From the IMG/VR virus record IMGVR_UViG_3300028887_000001, positions 28,088 through 92,087 of that record: a DNA stretch of 64,000 nucleotides. One strand, 5' to 3'. Origin of the DNA: a virus (taxonomy: Duplodnaviria > Heunggongvirae > Uroviricota > Caudoviricetes). Each line of letters starts with the position of its first letter. The first letter of the stretch is position 1. A program made the position numbers and the translations under genes. A model generated the notes under the pieces. It was not told where the DNA came from and searched no databases. It saw nothing but the letters and a program-made list of their open reading frames with translations. Positions 37,431 to 47,527 of the stretch are shown piece after piece.

Positions 37431-38063
37431 TTAATTCTTATTTAATGGTTCAACCTTATCGAGTTCATCATATAGTCCCTTTATGTATGCATTACACTCT
37501 TCGACACGCTTCTTCTCCATATCCAGTTCTTTCTTATAGTATTCGTAATTCTCAATTTCATGGTCTATATGTGATTGTACAAATTCTTCAACGGGAATAC
37601 GTTCAACGTGATATAATGGTTCCTTGTAACTGCAATCGAACTTTATACTGTCATCGAGTTGCTTAAGCATAAGTTCCTTAAGACTGTTATATTCATCAGG
37701 GACATCCCATTCTTCGACCCTGCGTTTCATATCGAGATAGCGTTTTTCAATTTCACGTTGACTATCGGCATAGTCCTCGTTGGCCTTAATATGCCCCTCA
37801 ATTTCCGAATCTTGAATAATTACAGCTTCATTGAGGTTGTCCTTGAGGTTCAGCCACTTCTTTAGTTTTTCCTCACAATCCCTCAACATATTTTCATAGC
37901 AATCACTGGGTTTGCGCACAGGGGCATTATCGAGTGGCATTGGCTTTGAAGCCTGTTCCGTTGCCATATAACCCGCTCCCAATTGTGTGACACACGCAAG
38001 GGCAAATCCCCTCAACGACATATCTTCGCCGTTGCTAATTTTGTAAGTTAATCCACTTGGCAT
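37431..38063 (-). CDS. coiled-coil phage hypothetical protein (MPxGxT family)
   Basis: MPSGLT..FALxC..G; LKELMxxQLxxS. Confidence 0.75.
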   Translation of the reverse strand: MPSGLTYKISNGEDMSLRGFALACVTQLGAGYMATEQASKPMPLDNAPVRKPSDCYENMLRDCEEKLKKWLNLKDNLNEAVIIQDSEIEGHIKANEDYADSQREIEKRYLDMKRRVEEWDVPDEYNSLKELMLKQLDDSIKFDCSYKEPLYHVERIPVEEFVQSHIDHEIENYEYYKKELDMEKKRVEECNAYIKGLYDELDKVEPLNKN

Positions 38064-38065
38064 AA

Positions 38066-38299
38066 TTATTTATATTTTTTTGGTTTTAACATGTCAATAA
38101 TTTCCTCTGCATAGAAGAAATAGATAATAATTATTGTTGATATGTTTATCCACTCTCCGCTACAGATGTAATATATCATTCTTATTATTGGGCATATTAA
38201 TATTAATATAATCGAAATAATAGGAAATATTATCCAAATTGGGATATATAACAAAACCCACAAAAATCTTTTAATAATATTCATTATTGTTGTTATCAT
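38066..38299 (-). CDS. small membrane protein
   Basis: strongly hydrophobic. Confidence 0.55.
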   Translation of the reverse strand: MITTIMNIIKRFLWVLLYIPIWIIFPIISIILILICPIIRMIYYICSGEWINISTIIIIYFFYAEEIIDMLKPKKYK

Positions 38300-38509
38300 A
38301 TTTTCTTATAAACCAATATAAGTCTTGTAGCTTTTCGTTCAATTCCTCTCGCTCATCATCAGTTAACACGTTTTCAAGCCTTGAGAAAAGGCTTTCTTCC
38401 ATGTCACACATATGCGTTGGTGATGTTATGTCATTGCTTGACTTCCACCAGTCTACGTTCTCTTTTATGGCATCACATAGCCATTCTTGTGTTTTATTCG
38501 CCCTCATAT

Positions 38510-39157
38510 CTAACAAAATTCAGTTGTTGTTGCAAATCTAAGTCCGTCAGAATAAAAATCTGTACAATCTTCCATTAACTCAAAGCCCTCTCTCTTGAGC
38601 ATATCCACATATTCTCCAGAGCAGCCATATACTTTATAGTTTGGATTATTCTTCTTCTCGTATTCACTATACGATTTTGAGTCCCAGGCTTCCCTAACCT
38701 CTCCTGTATTAAAGTCTTTCCATGTTGTCCAATTGACAGCCTCTTCAAAAAACTCATCCTTGTCAAGTTTAGTGCCGTATTCATCATACACCACAATGTC
38801 TTCCCTGTCAATGAAAGCCTTTATTCCCTCTTTTGTCAAAGGGTATGTATAGTATGCGGTGTCTGGTTCATCAACAAAATGCCCACGCCTGAACCCCTTT
38901 TCCACATCCTCCCACTCCATGTGGCCATTCCTTATAATATATATGTTTGGGTTCCACAGGAATTTCCATCCGGCAGAGCGTTTTCCAAGATGTATTTGGC
39001 CAATTGGCTCATCAGTCATAGTATGTGGCCTGAATGACGCATAATTTGCTTCGATTTCCTCCCTAATACCAACGAAATCATCTGAATCAATCAATTCGTG
39101 AAGTTTCTTCTTAACTGGTTCTTTGGGTATTACCCTTGCATAAAAATTTGTTCCCAT
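38510..39157 (-). CDS. phage hypothetical protein (MGTNxY..HLGKRSxGWxF family)
   Basis: recognisable motif. Confidence 0.8.
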   Translation of the reverse strand: MGTNFYARVIPKEPVKKKLHELIDSDDFVGIREEIEANYASFRPHTMTDEPIGQIHLGKRSAGWKFLWNPNIYIIRNGHMEWEDVEKGFRRGHFVDEPDTAYYTYPLTKEGIKAFIDREDIVVYDEYGTKLDKDEFFEEAVNWTTWKDFNTGEVREAWDSKSYSEYEKKNNPNYKVYGCSGEYVDMLKREGFELMEDCTDFYSDGLRFATTTEFC

Positions 39158-39723
39158 TTAATGTTTCTTTTTATTTAATCCCAATCGTTACATACAAAAC
39201 AGAAAAAAATAACATGGCAATAACGCTAATGTACTCAACACATAGTGATATTTTTAATTGCTCATACATATTATTCGTTTCTGCGTATCCAGAATATATG
39301 TCAGCGCAAATTGCCGACAAACCGAACATCGAGCCTAAAAATGCAAATATAAACATGTCAGAAGTTTTTATAAATGAATAATGATGCAATGGCAAATATC
39401 ATGCATAATATTTGAATCCACAACATTATAATTGATAATGTGTACTTTAACTTCTTTTCAAGGTACATTGATGTAAACCAAGAAATGATTGAACACCCAA
39501 ATAGCGCAATGGCTACATACAACAGCATTTTATCCATATTATTTTCTTTTTTTGTTAGTTTCTCAACGCAAAATTATAACTTTTTATAATATTATCAAAA
39601 TAAATGTAGTTAAAAAATGTTAATAACCACATATCATTTGAAATTCGTTGCAAAGATACTAAAAAGAATTGAAATACGACACAAAATAGTAATATTTTGA
39701 TATTTATTGTAAAAATATTGTAT

Positions 39724-41472
39724 ATGTTAGACAAATGTTATGATTCATATGGCTATGAAAGACCAGAATCATTTATCACAACTGCTGAATTAAGGGGTAT
39801 TAAATTTGCACCTTCAAAGACAATATCACAAAAAAGAACAGAATTGCAAGCATTCTTTAGTGAAGCTGGACAAAGCACAGGTGATTTGATTCAATCTCCA
39901 TTGTTAATGAAACCAATTCCAGTTCCTCCACACGATTATAGTAAGGATTATCTTACAATAGAAGCATTGGAAGATGGCAATATATTCTTTGTGTTTAATA
40001 GCAAAATAAAATATAATTTATTAAACTCAATAAGCTATTCTACCGATGGTGGAGAAAGTTGGGTGACACAAGAAAATCCATACAAGTTTTTGCAAGAAGC
40101 TACTGTAATAGTTAAGGGTGGTAAGAACGGTGGTTATTCCCCAAAGATTGTTGATGGTGGAGAGGACACACAAGAGTATTATTATGAATCTGATGATGAA
40201 CTTGGTAATGAAATCATTGATGATGTTGAACAGGACATTGTGGATTGGAGAGGCTTGTTTGGCAAAAAAGGCCTTGAAGGTGATATGCTTACAATAAATG
40301 TCAGTGCTGGTGATAAGGTGTTATTCAAGGGGGTTGCACAATCATTTGGTGATATAAGTGGAACCACAGTTTCAAAGTGCCACTTTGGAAGCGATTGCAA
40401 GGTTGATGTTTATGGAAATATAATGTCATTATGCTATGAGGATGATTTCTCAAACAAACATGAATTATTACATGATTGTCAGTTTGACGCAATGTTTGCT
40501 GGAACTGACATTGTTAATGCGTCTGACTTAATATTGCCAGCAACAACATTAACGTTAAGGTGTTATGAATATATGTTTAGCGGATGCACATCATTGGTTT
40601 CAACACCACAATTGCCAGCCACAGAAATGGCTGCACGGTGTTATCAAGACATGTTCTGTATTTGTCCTTCACTCAAAAAAGCGCCAAAACTACCAGCACT
40701 TGAGTTGGATGAGTTATGCTATCAGGCAATGTTCTCTGGGTGCACATCATTGACAGAAGCACCACAATTACCAGCAAAAAGACTACCATTTGGTTCATAT
40801 GTTCTTATGTTTTCTGGTTGTGGGTCATTGACAAAGGCTCCGGAACTTCCGGCGACAGACTTAGCAAGGGCGTGCTATCAAATGATATTTCGCGCATGTA
40901 ATTCATTAGTAAAACCACCAAAATTGCCGGCAAAAAGCGTACCAATTAGTGGGTATTGTGGAATGTTCCAAGAATGTACATCGTTGATAGAAACTCCTGA
41001 ATTCCCAGCAACTGAAATGGACCAAGAGTGCTACCGATATATGTTTCGTGGTTGCACTTCACTAACAAAGGCAAAGAGGTTAAATTGTGAAAAACTAAGT
41101 GTTGGGTGTTATGTTTATATGTTCAGTGGTTGTACATCACTCACGGTAGCTCCAGAATTGCCATCAACAACATTGGCGGAGTGGTGTTACGCCCACATGT
41201 TTGAAAAATGTACATCTTTAACAAGAGCGCCAGAATTGCCGGCAATGACATTAGTTGATGCTTGTTATAGAACCATGTTTGGTAGTTGTTCTAATCTAAC
41301 CTATATTAAGTGTCTTGTTGAAGATTTGGGGCAATCACTATCTAGTAACCCATTCCTATCTTGGGTTGGTAATGTCTCGCCAACCGGAACATTTGTTAAG
41401 AAAGCTGGTGTTGAATGGCCAACTGGGTGGAACGGAATTCCAGTGGGTTGGACAGTTGAAGAAGTGGAGTAA
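39724..41472 (+). CDS. BspA-like leucine-rich-repeat protein
   Basis: ~11 repeats of ~24 aa CYxxMFxGCTSLxxAPxLPAxxL; C-terminal GIPxGW; N-terminal DSYGY. Confidence 0.85.
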   Translation: MLDKCYDSYGYERPESFITTAELRGIKFAPSKTISQKRTELQAFFSEAGQSTGDLIQSPLLMKPIPVPPHDYSKDYLTIEALEDGNIFFVFNSKIKYNLLNSISYSTDGGESWVTQENPYKFLQEATVIVKGGKNGGYSPKIVDGGEDTQEYYYESDDELGNEIIDDVEQDIVDWRGLFGKKGLEGDMLTINVSAGDKVLFKGVAQSFGDISGTTVSKCHFGSDCKVDVYGNIMSLCYEDDFSNKHELLHDCQFDAMFAGTDIVNASDLILPATTLTLRCYEYMFSGCTSLVSTPQLPATEMAARCYQDMFCICPSLKKAPKLPALELDELCYQAMFSGCTSLTEAPQLPAKRLPFGSYVLMFSGCGSLTKAPELPATDLARACYQMIFRACNSLVKPPKLPAKSVPISGYCGMFQECTSLIETPEFPATEMDQECYRYMFRGCTSLTKAKRLNCEKLSVGCYVYMFSGCTSLTVAPELPSTTLAEWCYAHMFEKCTSLTRAPELPAMTLVDACYRTMFGSCSNLTYIKCLVEDLGQSLSSNPFLSWVGNVSPTGTFVKKAGVEWPTGWNGIPVGWTVEEVE

Positions 41473-41522
41473 AAAAAAAATAAGGTGGCTATCGTTAATT
41501 GATGACCACCTTTTTTCTTATG

Positions 41523-41852
41523 TTATAGTTTGTTTTTTAAAAACTTACTACCTATGAGTTCTAACTCGTCTCCGATTTGATATTTACCAATCTCGTCATA
41601 GAACGTCAATTCCTTACATTCAAGCTTGCCACGCTCTATAAGATAATAAGACTTGATATAATACCTGGCAACGTCCTCATACTTGCTGTTAATTCTCTTC
41701 TCAATCTTACAAACCTCAAATACTGGTGTTTCAACACTGTCACGACCTTCCTTTATGTAGGTGCCATTACAGTTAGTGTTCTCTCTTGAGAAAAGAAAAG
41801 TAAAAAAAGCTCCGATAAGGACACAAAATATTGCAAAAATTCCGTCAATCAT
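41523..41852 (-). CDS. N-terminally anchored hypothetical protein
   Basis: hydrophobic N-terminus. Confidence 0.65.
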   Translation of the reverse strand: MIDGIFAIFCVLIGAFFTFLFSRENTNCNGTYIKEGRDSVETPVFEVCKIEKRINSKYEDVARYYIKSYYLIERGKLECKELTFYDEIGKYQIGDELELIGSKFLKNKL

Positions 41853-41873
41853 ATTTTCAAATTATTTAATGGT

Positions 41874-42263
41874 TTAAATCTCGTATTCGTCAGGGTCTGA
41901 AAGAACATCAAGCATCAGGTAAGCCTTATCCTCATCCATAAATCTCTTCAGTGTGGGTAAAATGGCATTACGAAAGACATCGTCATTAAAATTACCCGCA
42001 ATCCTCTTTATGGTCTCCTTCAACATCTTCTTCTTGAAGACTTCAACCTCCATATCAAGCGGGTTAAGAATGTCCTCCTCAACTATAAATGACCCACTTC
42101 CATTGTTATAGTGAGTATAGTACATGGTATCAATATCAGGATTATCCTCTTCTTCTATGTGTTGACAGACATCCTCATGAATCTCACCATCAAGGTCTTT
42201 CCAATAGAATGTATCACCAATCTTGGGATAATTCTTACCGACAATTTTAATTTCCTTTTTCAT
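41874..42263 (-). CDS. hypothetical protein
   Basis: sigma-A promoter at ~42289-42323. Confidence 0.7.
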   Translation of the reverse strand: MKKEIKIVGKNYPKIGDTFYWKDLDGEIHEDVCQHIEEEDNPDIDTMYYTHYNNGSGSFIVEEDILNPLDMEVEVFKKKMLKETIKRIAGNFNDDVFRNAILPTLKRFMDEDKAYLMLDVLSDPDEYEI

Positions 42264-42479
42264 TTCTTATCTTTTTTTGGTTTCACGGTGCAAAATTACG
42301 AAAAAACTTTGAAATAACCAAATTTTTCAGTCATTTTTTTTCACTTTCCTCATCATTTTCCCCAAATAAGCCACTATTTCTGATGATATACTCGACATCA
42401 TCAAGCATGACGTATGGTTTACCATTGATGGTTCCCGCAGCCATTCTCTTCAAGAGACCAATGTGATACTCAATCTTGT

Positions 42480-42683
42480 TCATAGTTCTCTTTCTTCTTT
42501 TTTTGCTAGATATTCACCAAGAATGGTTGGTAAAACAGCCCAACCGGTAATAATCGATATTAGATAATAGAAAACCTTTACAAAGAAGTTCTCACTCTCA
42601 CACTTCTTACTCAAATATGCCCAACAGAAACTTGCACTGAACGGAATATAGAGTAACATTATTCCTAAAAAAATGTTTAACAT
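42480..42683 (-). CDS. small membrane protein
   Basis: two hydrophobic segments. Confidence 0.6.
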   Translation of the reverse strand: MLNIFLGIMLLYIPFSASFCWAYLSKKCESENFFVKVFYYLISIITGWAVLPTILGEYLAKKEEREL

Positions 42684-42685
42684 AA

Positions 42686-43549
42686 CTATTTCTCCTTATT
42701 TTCGTTTAAAATTGCATTACGTAGTTTCTCCTTATACCTGTCAACGAAATACTGTGTGGACCTATACTCTCCACCAAGCCACCCGCAGTCAGCATTCTCA
42801 GCCAAATCACGAACCATATAACCCACAATCCTGTCAAACTCATTTTCCGTAGGTTCTTCAGTTGTGTCTTCGTAATTTGTCTTGTTTTTTACGTCAAAAA
42901 CTTGACCTTGGCATGTTTCTTCCATCTTGCTATCCAGGAGTTTTATATCATTGGTGGAAGCCGGTCTTGCTATCTCAATTTCACTGACGGAACCCCACGA
43001 TTCACCGTCATACACCCTATCATCCTCGATTTCGTATATGAAATGGCAATTGACCTTATCACCCACGTTTTTAATCACAACAATCCACTCATCACCACTG
43101 GTTCCCTTGATGTAGACGTAGTCACCATCATTTGCACTTTTAATTGTCCATCGTTCACCATTCTTGTCCAACTCTTCAATGTCGACACATATCTCATTAC
43201 CATCATTGTCAATGATAATGTAATATAGACACTCGTAGTTTTCAAATTCGTAATACTTGTCGTATACAAAGTATGTATTTCCTTCATAAACCACATAATC
43301 TCCAACTTTGAAACATGAATGTTCATTGACATTATCACATTCTTCTTTCACATATTCCTCTGTAGAGCGTGAGTTACCAAAATTTGTTGGTTCAAAAATG
43401 GAGACAATCTCCCCATCTTTATATTCAAGTGCCTGGTCGAAAAGAAGCTTGTCAATGCCATCTCTCAGCATTGCGACATTTCTCCCTGAAACACCTTCGC
43501 ACGACTTTCTTAAACAAAGGATAAGTCTATCCAAATCAATCTTTCCCAT
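42686..43549 (-). CDS. multi-module hypothetical protein (FKVGD module)
   Basis: long ORF. Confidence 0.75.
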   Translation of the reverse strand: MGKIDLDRLILCLRKSCEGVSGRNVAMLRDGIDKLLFDQALEYKDGEIVSIFEPTNFGNSRSTEEYVKEECDNVNEHSCFKVGDYVVYEGNTYFVYDKYYEFENYECLYYIIIDNDGNEICVDIEELDKNGERWTIKSANDGDYVYIKGTSGDEWIVVIKNVGDKVNCHFIYEIEDDRVYDGESWGSVSEIEIARPASTNDIKLLDSKMEETCQGQVFDVKNKTNYEDTTEEPTENEFDRIVGYMVRDLAENADCGWLGGEYRSTQYFVDRYKEKLRNAILNENKEK

Positions 43550-43584
43550 ATTATTTCATATTATTTTTAATTTATTTATGTTAT

Positions 43585-44967
43585 CATAAACTTTGCAAGG
43601 AAACCCACGAATCTTTAGTTCGTGGGAGGAATTGCAATGCAAAAGTACTATAATTTTTTTTAATAACAAAATAATTTTATATTTTTTTTTATAATTTGTT
43701 TATTTTTTTTACTTTTATTATATATTTATATATGTAATCACTTAGTGAAAGGTACTCATGGCAATACTGTCCTATAACGTGAAACTCAAAGCAAACAACG
43801 AACAGTTGATGCATTGGAAAAACCTGCTTGCGCAAGCAAGACAGGCATATAACCTTTGCTCGACAATCGTTGATGCGGAAAAACTGTCTTACTCCAGAGT
43901 GGTTATACATAACACATGTTACGATAAACTAAGACAGCAGTTCCCGCTGCTTTCTTCACAACAGGTAATCCGTGTTCAGTGCGAGGTATGTTCAGCATAC
44001 AAGTCACGAAAGAACAACAAACACCACGGAGACATCCCTAAGAAAAGTGGATTGTCCATGACACTGGACAAACGCCTGTACAATAAACTCACCACATCAT
44101 CCATATGCCTCACTGATGGTGAGAAGGGTAAAAGGGGTGTTTATGAGTTCGTCACTTACGAAAGACTTTCCGAATTGTTCAGCACTTACATCCCGAAAGA
44201 CCCAACCCTGTTTTTGCGCAATGGTGAACTTTACCTTTCCATACCATTCGAGGTAATGGATAAGCCTTGCATTAACGACACGTCTGTTGGCGTTGACCTT
44301 GGAATGAAAAGACTGTTTGTCACTTCAGAGGGTAAGTCTTTTAAGGATAAGGAATATTTGCGTGAACGCAGGAAGATTCGTTACCTTAAACGTTGTCTCC
44401 AGTCAAGGGGAACAAAGTCATCGAAGCGCCATCTTGTCAAGGTTAATACAAGAGAACGTAACATGTCCAAGGACATGATTGAGAGGTCAACGAACGCCCT
44501 TATTAAGTCCAGTGACGCTGGAGTGTTTGTTTTGGAGGACTTGTCCAAGATAAAGACGAACACGTCAAAGACAAATGAAGGTTTCAAACGCAAGAGACAC
44601 AACAATGCGTTGTCTCAGGTACCTTTTTATAAATTCAAAGAACGCTTGTCGCAGAAGGCAGCACGTATTGGCAAATCCGTGCAAACAGTTTCTCCGACGT
44701 GGACGAGTCAGACCGATAGCAGGAGTGGCAAACGTGACGGTGAACGTCATGGTTGTAGATACTACTGTTCTGACGGTGTTGTTCTCGACGCAGATTGGAA
44801 CGCGGCGTTGAATATTGCACTTCGTGCAAACCACCCCACCTCGAATTGTCTTCCGATTGACGGAGGATTGTTGTTCCTGGTGGGCAGGGTGACGTCAACC
44901 ACCCAATCGTCACAACCGCACTCGGTTAGTGGCAAGCCCACAAATCTTTAGTTTGTGGGTAGTTGAC
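43585..44967 (+). mobile_element. tnpB-only (non-autonomous, IS1341-like) IS200/IS605 element
   Basis: subterminal hairpins CCCACGAA-TCTTTAG-TTCGTGGG and CCCACAAA-TCTTTAG-TTTGTGGG; exact ends inferred. Confidence 0.8.
43758..44951 (+). CDS. tnpB: RNA-guided endonuclease TnpB-family protein (Zn-ribbon cysteines largely absent)
   Basis: RuvC motifs VGVDLG, VLEDL, DADWNAALNI. Confidence 0.85.
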   Translation: MAILSYNVKLKANNEQLMHWKNLLAQARQAYNLCSTIVDAEKLSYSRVVIHNTCYDKLRQQFPLLSSQQVIRVQCEVCSAYKSRKNNKHHGDIPKKSGLSMTLDKRLYNKLTTSSICLTDGEKGKRGVYEFVTYERLSELFSTYIPKDPTLFLRNGELYLSIPFEVMDKPCINDTSVGVDLGMKRLFVTSEGKSFKDKEYLRERRKIRYLKRCLQSRGTKSSKRHLVKVNTRERNMSKDMIERSTNALIKSSDAGVFVLEDLSKIKTNTSKTNEGFKRKRHNNALSQVPFYKFKERLSQKAARIGKSVQTVSPTWTSQTDSRSGKRDGERHGCRYYCSDGVVLDADWNAALNIALRANHPTSNCLPIDGGLLFLVGRVTSTTQSSQPHSVSGKPTNL

Positions 44968-45690
44968 TAATTTTAAGTCATCATAAAGTGACTGCATCAA
45001 TAGTCTTACATCATCACAGAACCAGTTGTGCTTCTTCTCACTGTTGAGCATAACCTCAAATGCTGCCATCTGTTTACCACTTGGTCTCCAATTATCAAGT
45101 TCCCACTCTTTCTCAGGTAAGTATAATTCACCAAGGTCTCTCAGTTTATACGCACCATCCTCGCGTACCTCGACAACTTCGTCATGATAACACCCGTTCT
45201 TACTACGTATCTTGTCACCGACCTTGAACTTCCTGGCGGTGGTTGTTTTCAAAACGGAAGCAACGCCATCTTCATAACCCCTCCTATATTGAACTTCGTC
45301 AGCACACTTGTAAGCATAATCCAACTCATTCTGGTAAGATGAAAGACCATCAAGATAACCCTTCTGGTAAGATGAAAGACCATCAAGATAACCCGCATTA
45401 TATGCGTTCTTACACTCTTCATCACAGTTTTTGTTTTCTTCTTTTTTCTGCTTTTCAAGCCAAGAAAGCCAATCGTTATAGGTTTTCTTATCAGGATATT
45501 CAAATTCTCCAAGGCCATGCAAATATAATAGTAGTGACTTTCTTATCTTCTCATCCTCACTCTCTGCAAGTTCTGGAACATTATCATTTACCCAATTTTG
45601 TATACCTTCATCCGAATGGTTTGTTTCTTGTAGTACTCTGACAGCTTCTACAAGTTTATTGTACTTTTCTTCGTAGTCCATATTATTCAC
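44926..45690 (-). CDS. multi-module hypothetical protein; C-terminus now reads into the IS right end
   Basis: last residues VNYPQTKDLWACH derive from the IS end. Confidence 0.75.
   Translation of the reverse strand: MNNMDYEEKYNKLVEAVRVLQETNHSDEGIQNWVNDNVPELAESEDEKIRKSLLLYLHGLGEFEYPDKKTYNDWLSWLEKQKKEENKNCDEECKNAYNAGYLDGLSSYQKGYLDGLSSYQNELDYAYKCADEVQYRRGYEDGVASVLKTTTARKFKVGDKIRSKNGCYHDEVVEVREDGAYKLRDLGELYLPEKEWELDNWRPSGKQMAAFEVMLNSEKKHNWFCDDVRLLMQSLYDDLKLVNYPQTKDLWACH
45329..45394. repeat. perfect 33-bp in-frame tandem duplication
   Basis: TTCTGGTAAGATGAAAGACCATCAAGATAACCC x2 (GYLDGLSSYQ x2). Confidence 0.9.
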
Positions 45691-45855
45691 AGATTATTTT
45701 ATACGTTTCAATTATCTTTTTTTCCCATTCTTCGTTAATACGAGGTCTTTCATCACAAATAGCCAATTCAAGCATATTGGCGCAATCTTCGATTTCATGC
45801 AATATTTCATCACACATTGCTTTTAAAACATTGTTACTCATATTATTCTCTTTTC

Positions 45856-46242
45856 TTATAATACTATTTCTTTATCAATTCCATAAAGTTTAAGTAAATG
45901 TTGAAGTTTATGAACTTCCTGAAATCCAATAGCCAAACCTGATGTAAGCATAGCAAAACCTTTCGCAACTTCAAATAAAGCTATTATTTCATCTCCTGTA
46001 TATTTATCGTTTAATGTCCAACGTCTATTTTCTTTAATAAACCCATTCTTCTCCAATATCTCAGGGGTGAGTGGAATAGGACTTAAATCTTCAACTCTAA
46101 ATTCTTCTTCGCCATAATGTCTTGCTATAACCATGACATAATATTGCTCACTATCATAGTCTCTTCTAATAGAAAGAATAGGGCATTCCCACTTTCTGTG
46201 ATTATACACCCAATCTCCAATTTGTAAATCTTTTGCTTCCAT
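45856..46242 (-). CDS. paralog family B protein
   Basis: LQIGDWV..PIPLTPEILEKNGF..GIDKEIVL. Confidence 0.8.
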   Translation of the reverse strand: MEAKDLQIGDWVYNHRKWECPILSIRRDYDSEQYYVMVIARHYGEEEFRVEDLSPIPLTPEILEKNGFIKENRRWTLNDKYTGDEIIALFEVAKGFAMLTSGLAIGFQEVHKLQHLLKLYGIDKEIVL

Positions 46243-46257
46243 AACTTATTTTTTAAT

Positions 46258-46584
46258 TTAAATTGTCCATCCAATTTCGACTACTCTATTTCCTTCTTCA
46301 TCTTCTATACTATATCCTCTTTCACCTATATCTGTGATTTTTACTCTACTTCCTGTTGTAAACTTACCAGCCAATGATTCATGAACTCTTGTTGTAACTA
46401 CCCAATTTCCAATTTCGTTAGTATTATTCTTTTCGTGTCATAATATTAAACTACTTTTTCAAAAACCACTTTAAAATCACCACTTGAAGTATCAGTGTAT
46501 GGTATTTTCCACACTCTATACTTATGTAGTCCATCATTGTATAAGCCTATATAGTATATCATCTTATTACTCCTCTCTTGTCAT
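46258..46584 (-). pseudogene. two gene remnants, each headed by a 5-codon micro-ORF
   Basis: MTREE* and MTRKE* followed by out-of-frame protein-like tails. Confidence 0.5.
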
Positions 46585-46600
46585 AACTGTCCTAGTTTAG

Positions 46601-46951
46601 TTAATTTTTTATTTCAAGTTTATAAGATATTCCCATATTTTTAGCTAATTCTTTAACTTCTTTTCGAAATAAATCTTCAAGATTTTCTAAGTTAAAATAA
46701 AACTTATATTCGCCAAATTGTATACTTTTAACAGCAAGCCATTTGTTTGCTATAAGATTTCTATCTTTTAAACTCCAACCATCAAAATTACCCCAATTAC
46801 TTTTTAACCACAAGTTTACTTTTTCATCACAATATGCATCTAATTCTTCTTTATCTTTAAAAGTAGCAAAAGAACTAAAAACGCCATCACATGCATTTAT
46901 TTCTATCTTTCCTTCTTTAGTTTTATAAAGATATAAATAATAATTTTTCAT
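46601..46951 (-). CDS. hypothetical protein
   Basis: ATG ORF. Confidence 0.65.
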   Translation of the reverse strand: MKNYYLYLYKTKEGKIEINACDGVFSSFATFKDKEELDAYCDEKVNLWLKSNWGNFDGWSLKDRNLIANKWLAVKSIQFGEYKFYFNLENLEDLFRKEVKELAKNMGISYKLEIKN

Positions 46952-46957
46952 ATTGTT

Positions 46958-47329
46958 TTATACTTTAAAATAATCTTTCATACATTCTCTAGTTTGGCAA
47001 TATTCTATCATATCAGAACCCATCATTAAGATATCTTTATATCCAATAATTTTTTCATATCTATAACCATCAGGTTCTTTTCCAGAGATTTGGTCTAAGA
47101 TTCCTCCACCATTATTCCAATATGGTATTCTTCTATAACGAACATCAGATAATAAATATTCAACCATTTCTTCAAAAGTTGCATTTTCTTTATGATGAGA
47201 ATCATATTCTTCTTTAGTACATTTTTCAATGATAGGTACTTTAGCACTATATACACTATATATTAATGCTAAGAATAATTCATCATTTAACTTATCTAGA
47301 TATTCTTTTTCTTTTTTAGAGAGTGCCAT
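46958..47329 (-). CDS. hypothetical protein
   Basis: ATG ORF. Confidence 0.7.
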   Translation of the reverse strand: MALSKKEKEYLDKLNDELFLALIYSVYSAKVPIIEKCTKEEYDSHHKENATFEEMVEYLLSDVRYRRIPYWNNGGGILDQISGKEPDGYRYEKIIGYKDILMMGSDMIEYCQTRECMKDYFKV

Positions 47330-47527
47330 ACTTACATAAAACTTTTATCTTCGTAATAATCGTTGATAATATCTTCAAATCCTGCCATAGCATCTTCATC
47401 TTCTATAAAAGAGCATCCTTCATAATCATTATACATTCTGTCACAGGCTTTTCATATTGATTAATTCCATCAAAATATGGACATTTCTTTGCCATCCATT
47501 CAGATTGTGGATTGGTTCTTTCTTTTC

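Noticed and set aside
39724-41472. Diversity-generating retroelement target or CRISPR-like periodicity
   Set aside because: Periodicity is protein-level LRR; no reverse transcriptase or adenine-variant template repeat seen in the window
43585-45000. Type V CRISPR (Cas12f-like) system around the divergent TnpB
   Set aside because: No repeat-spacer array seen; gene is bounded by IS605-type end hairpins
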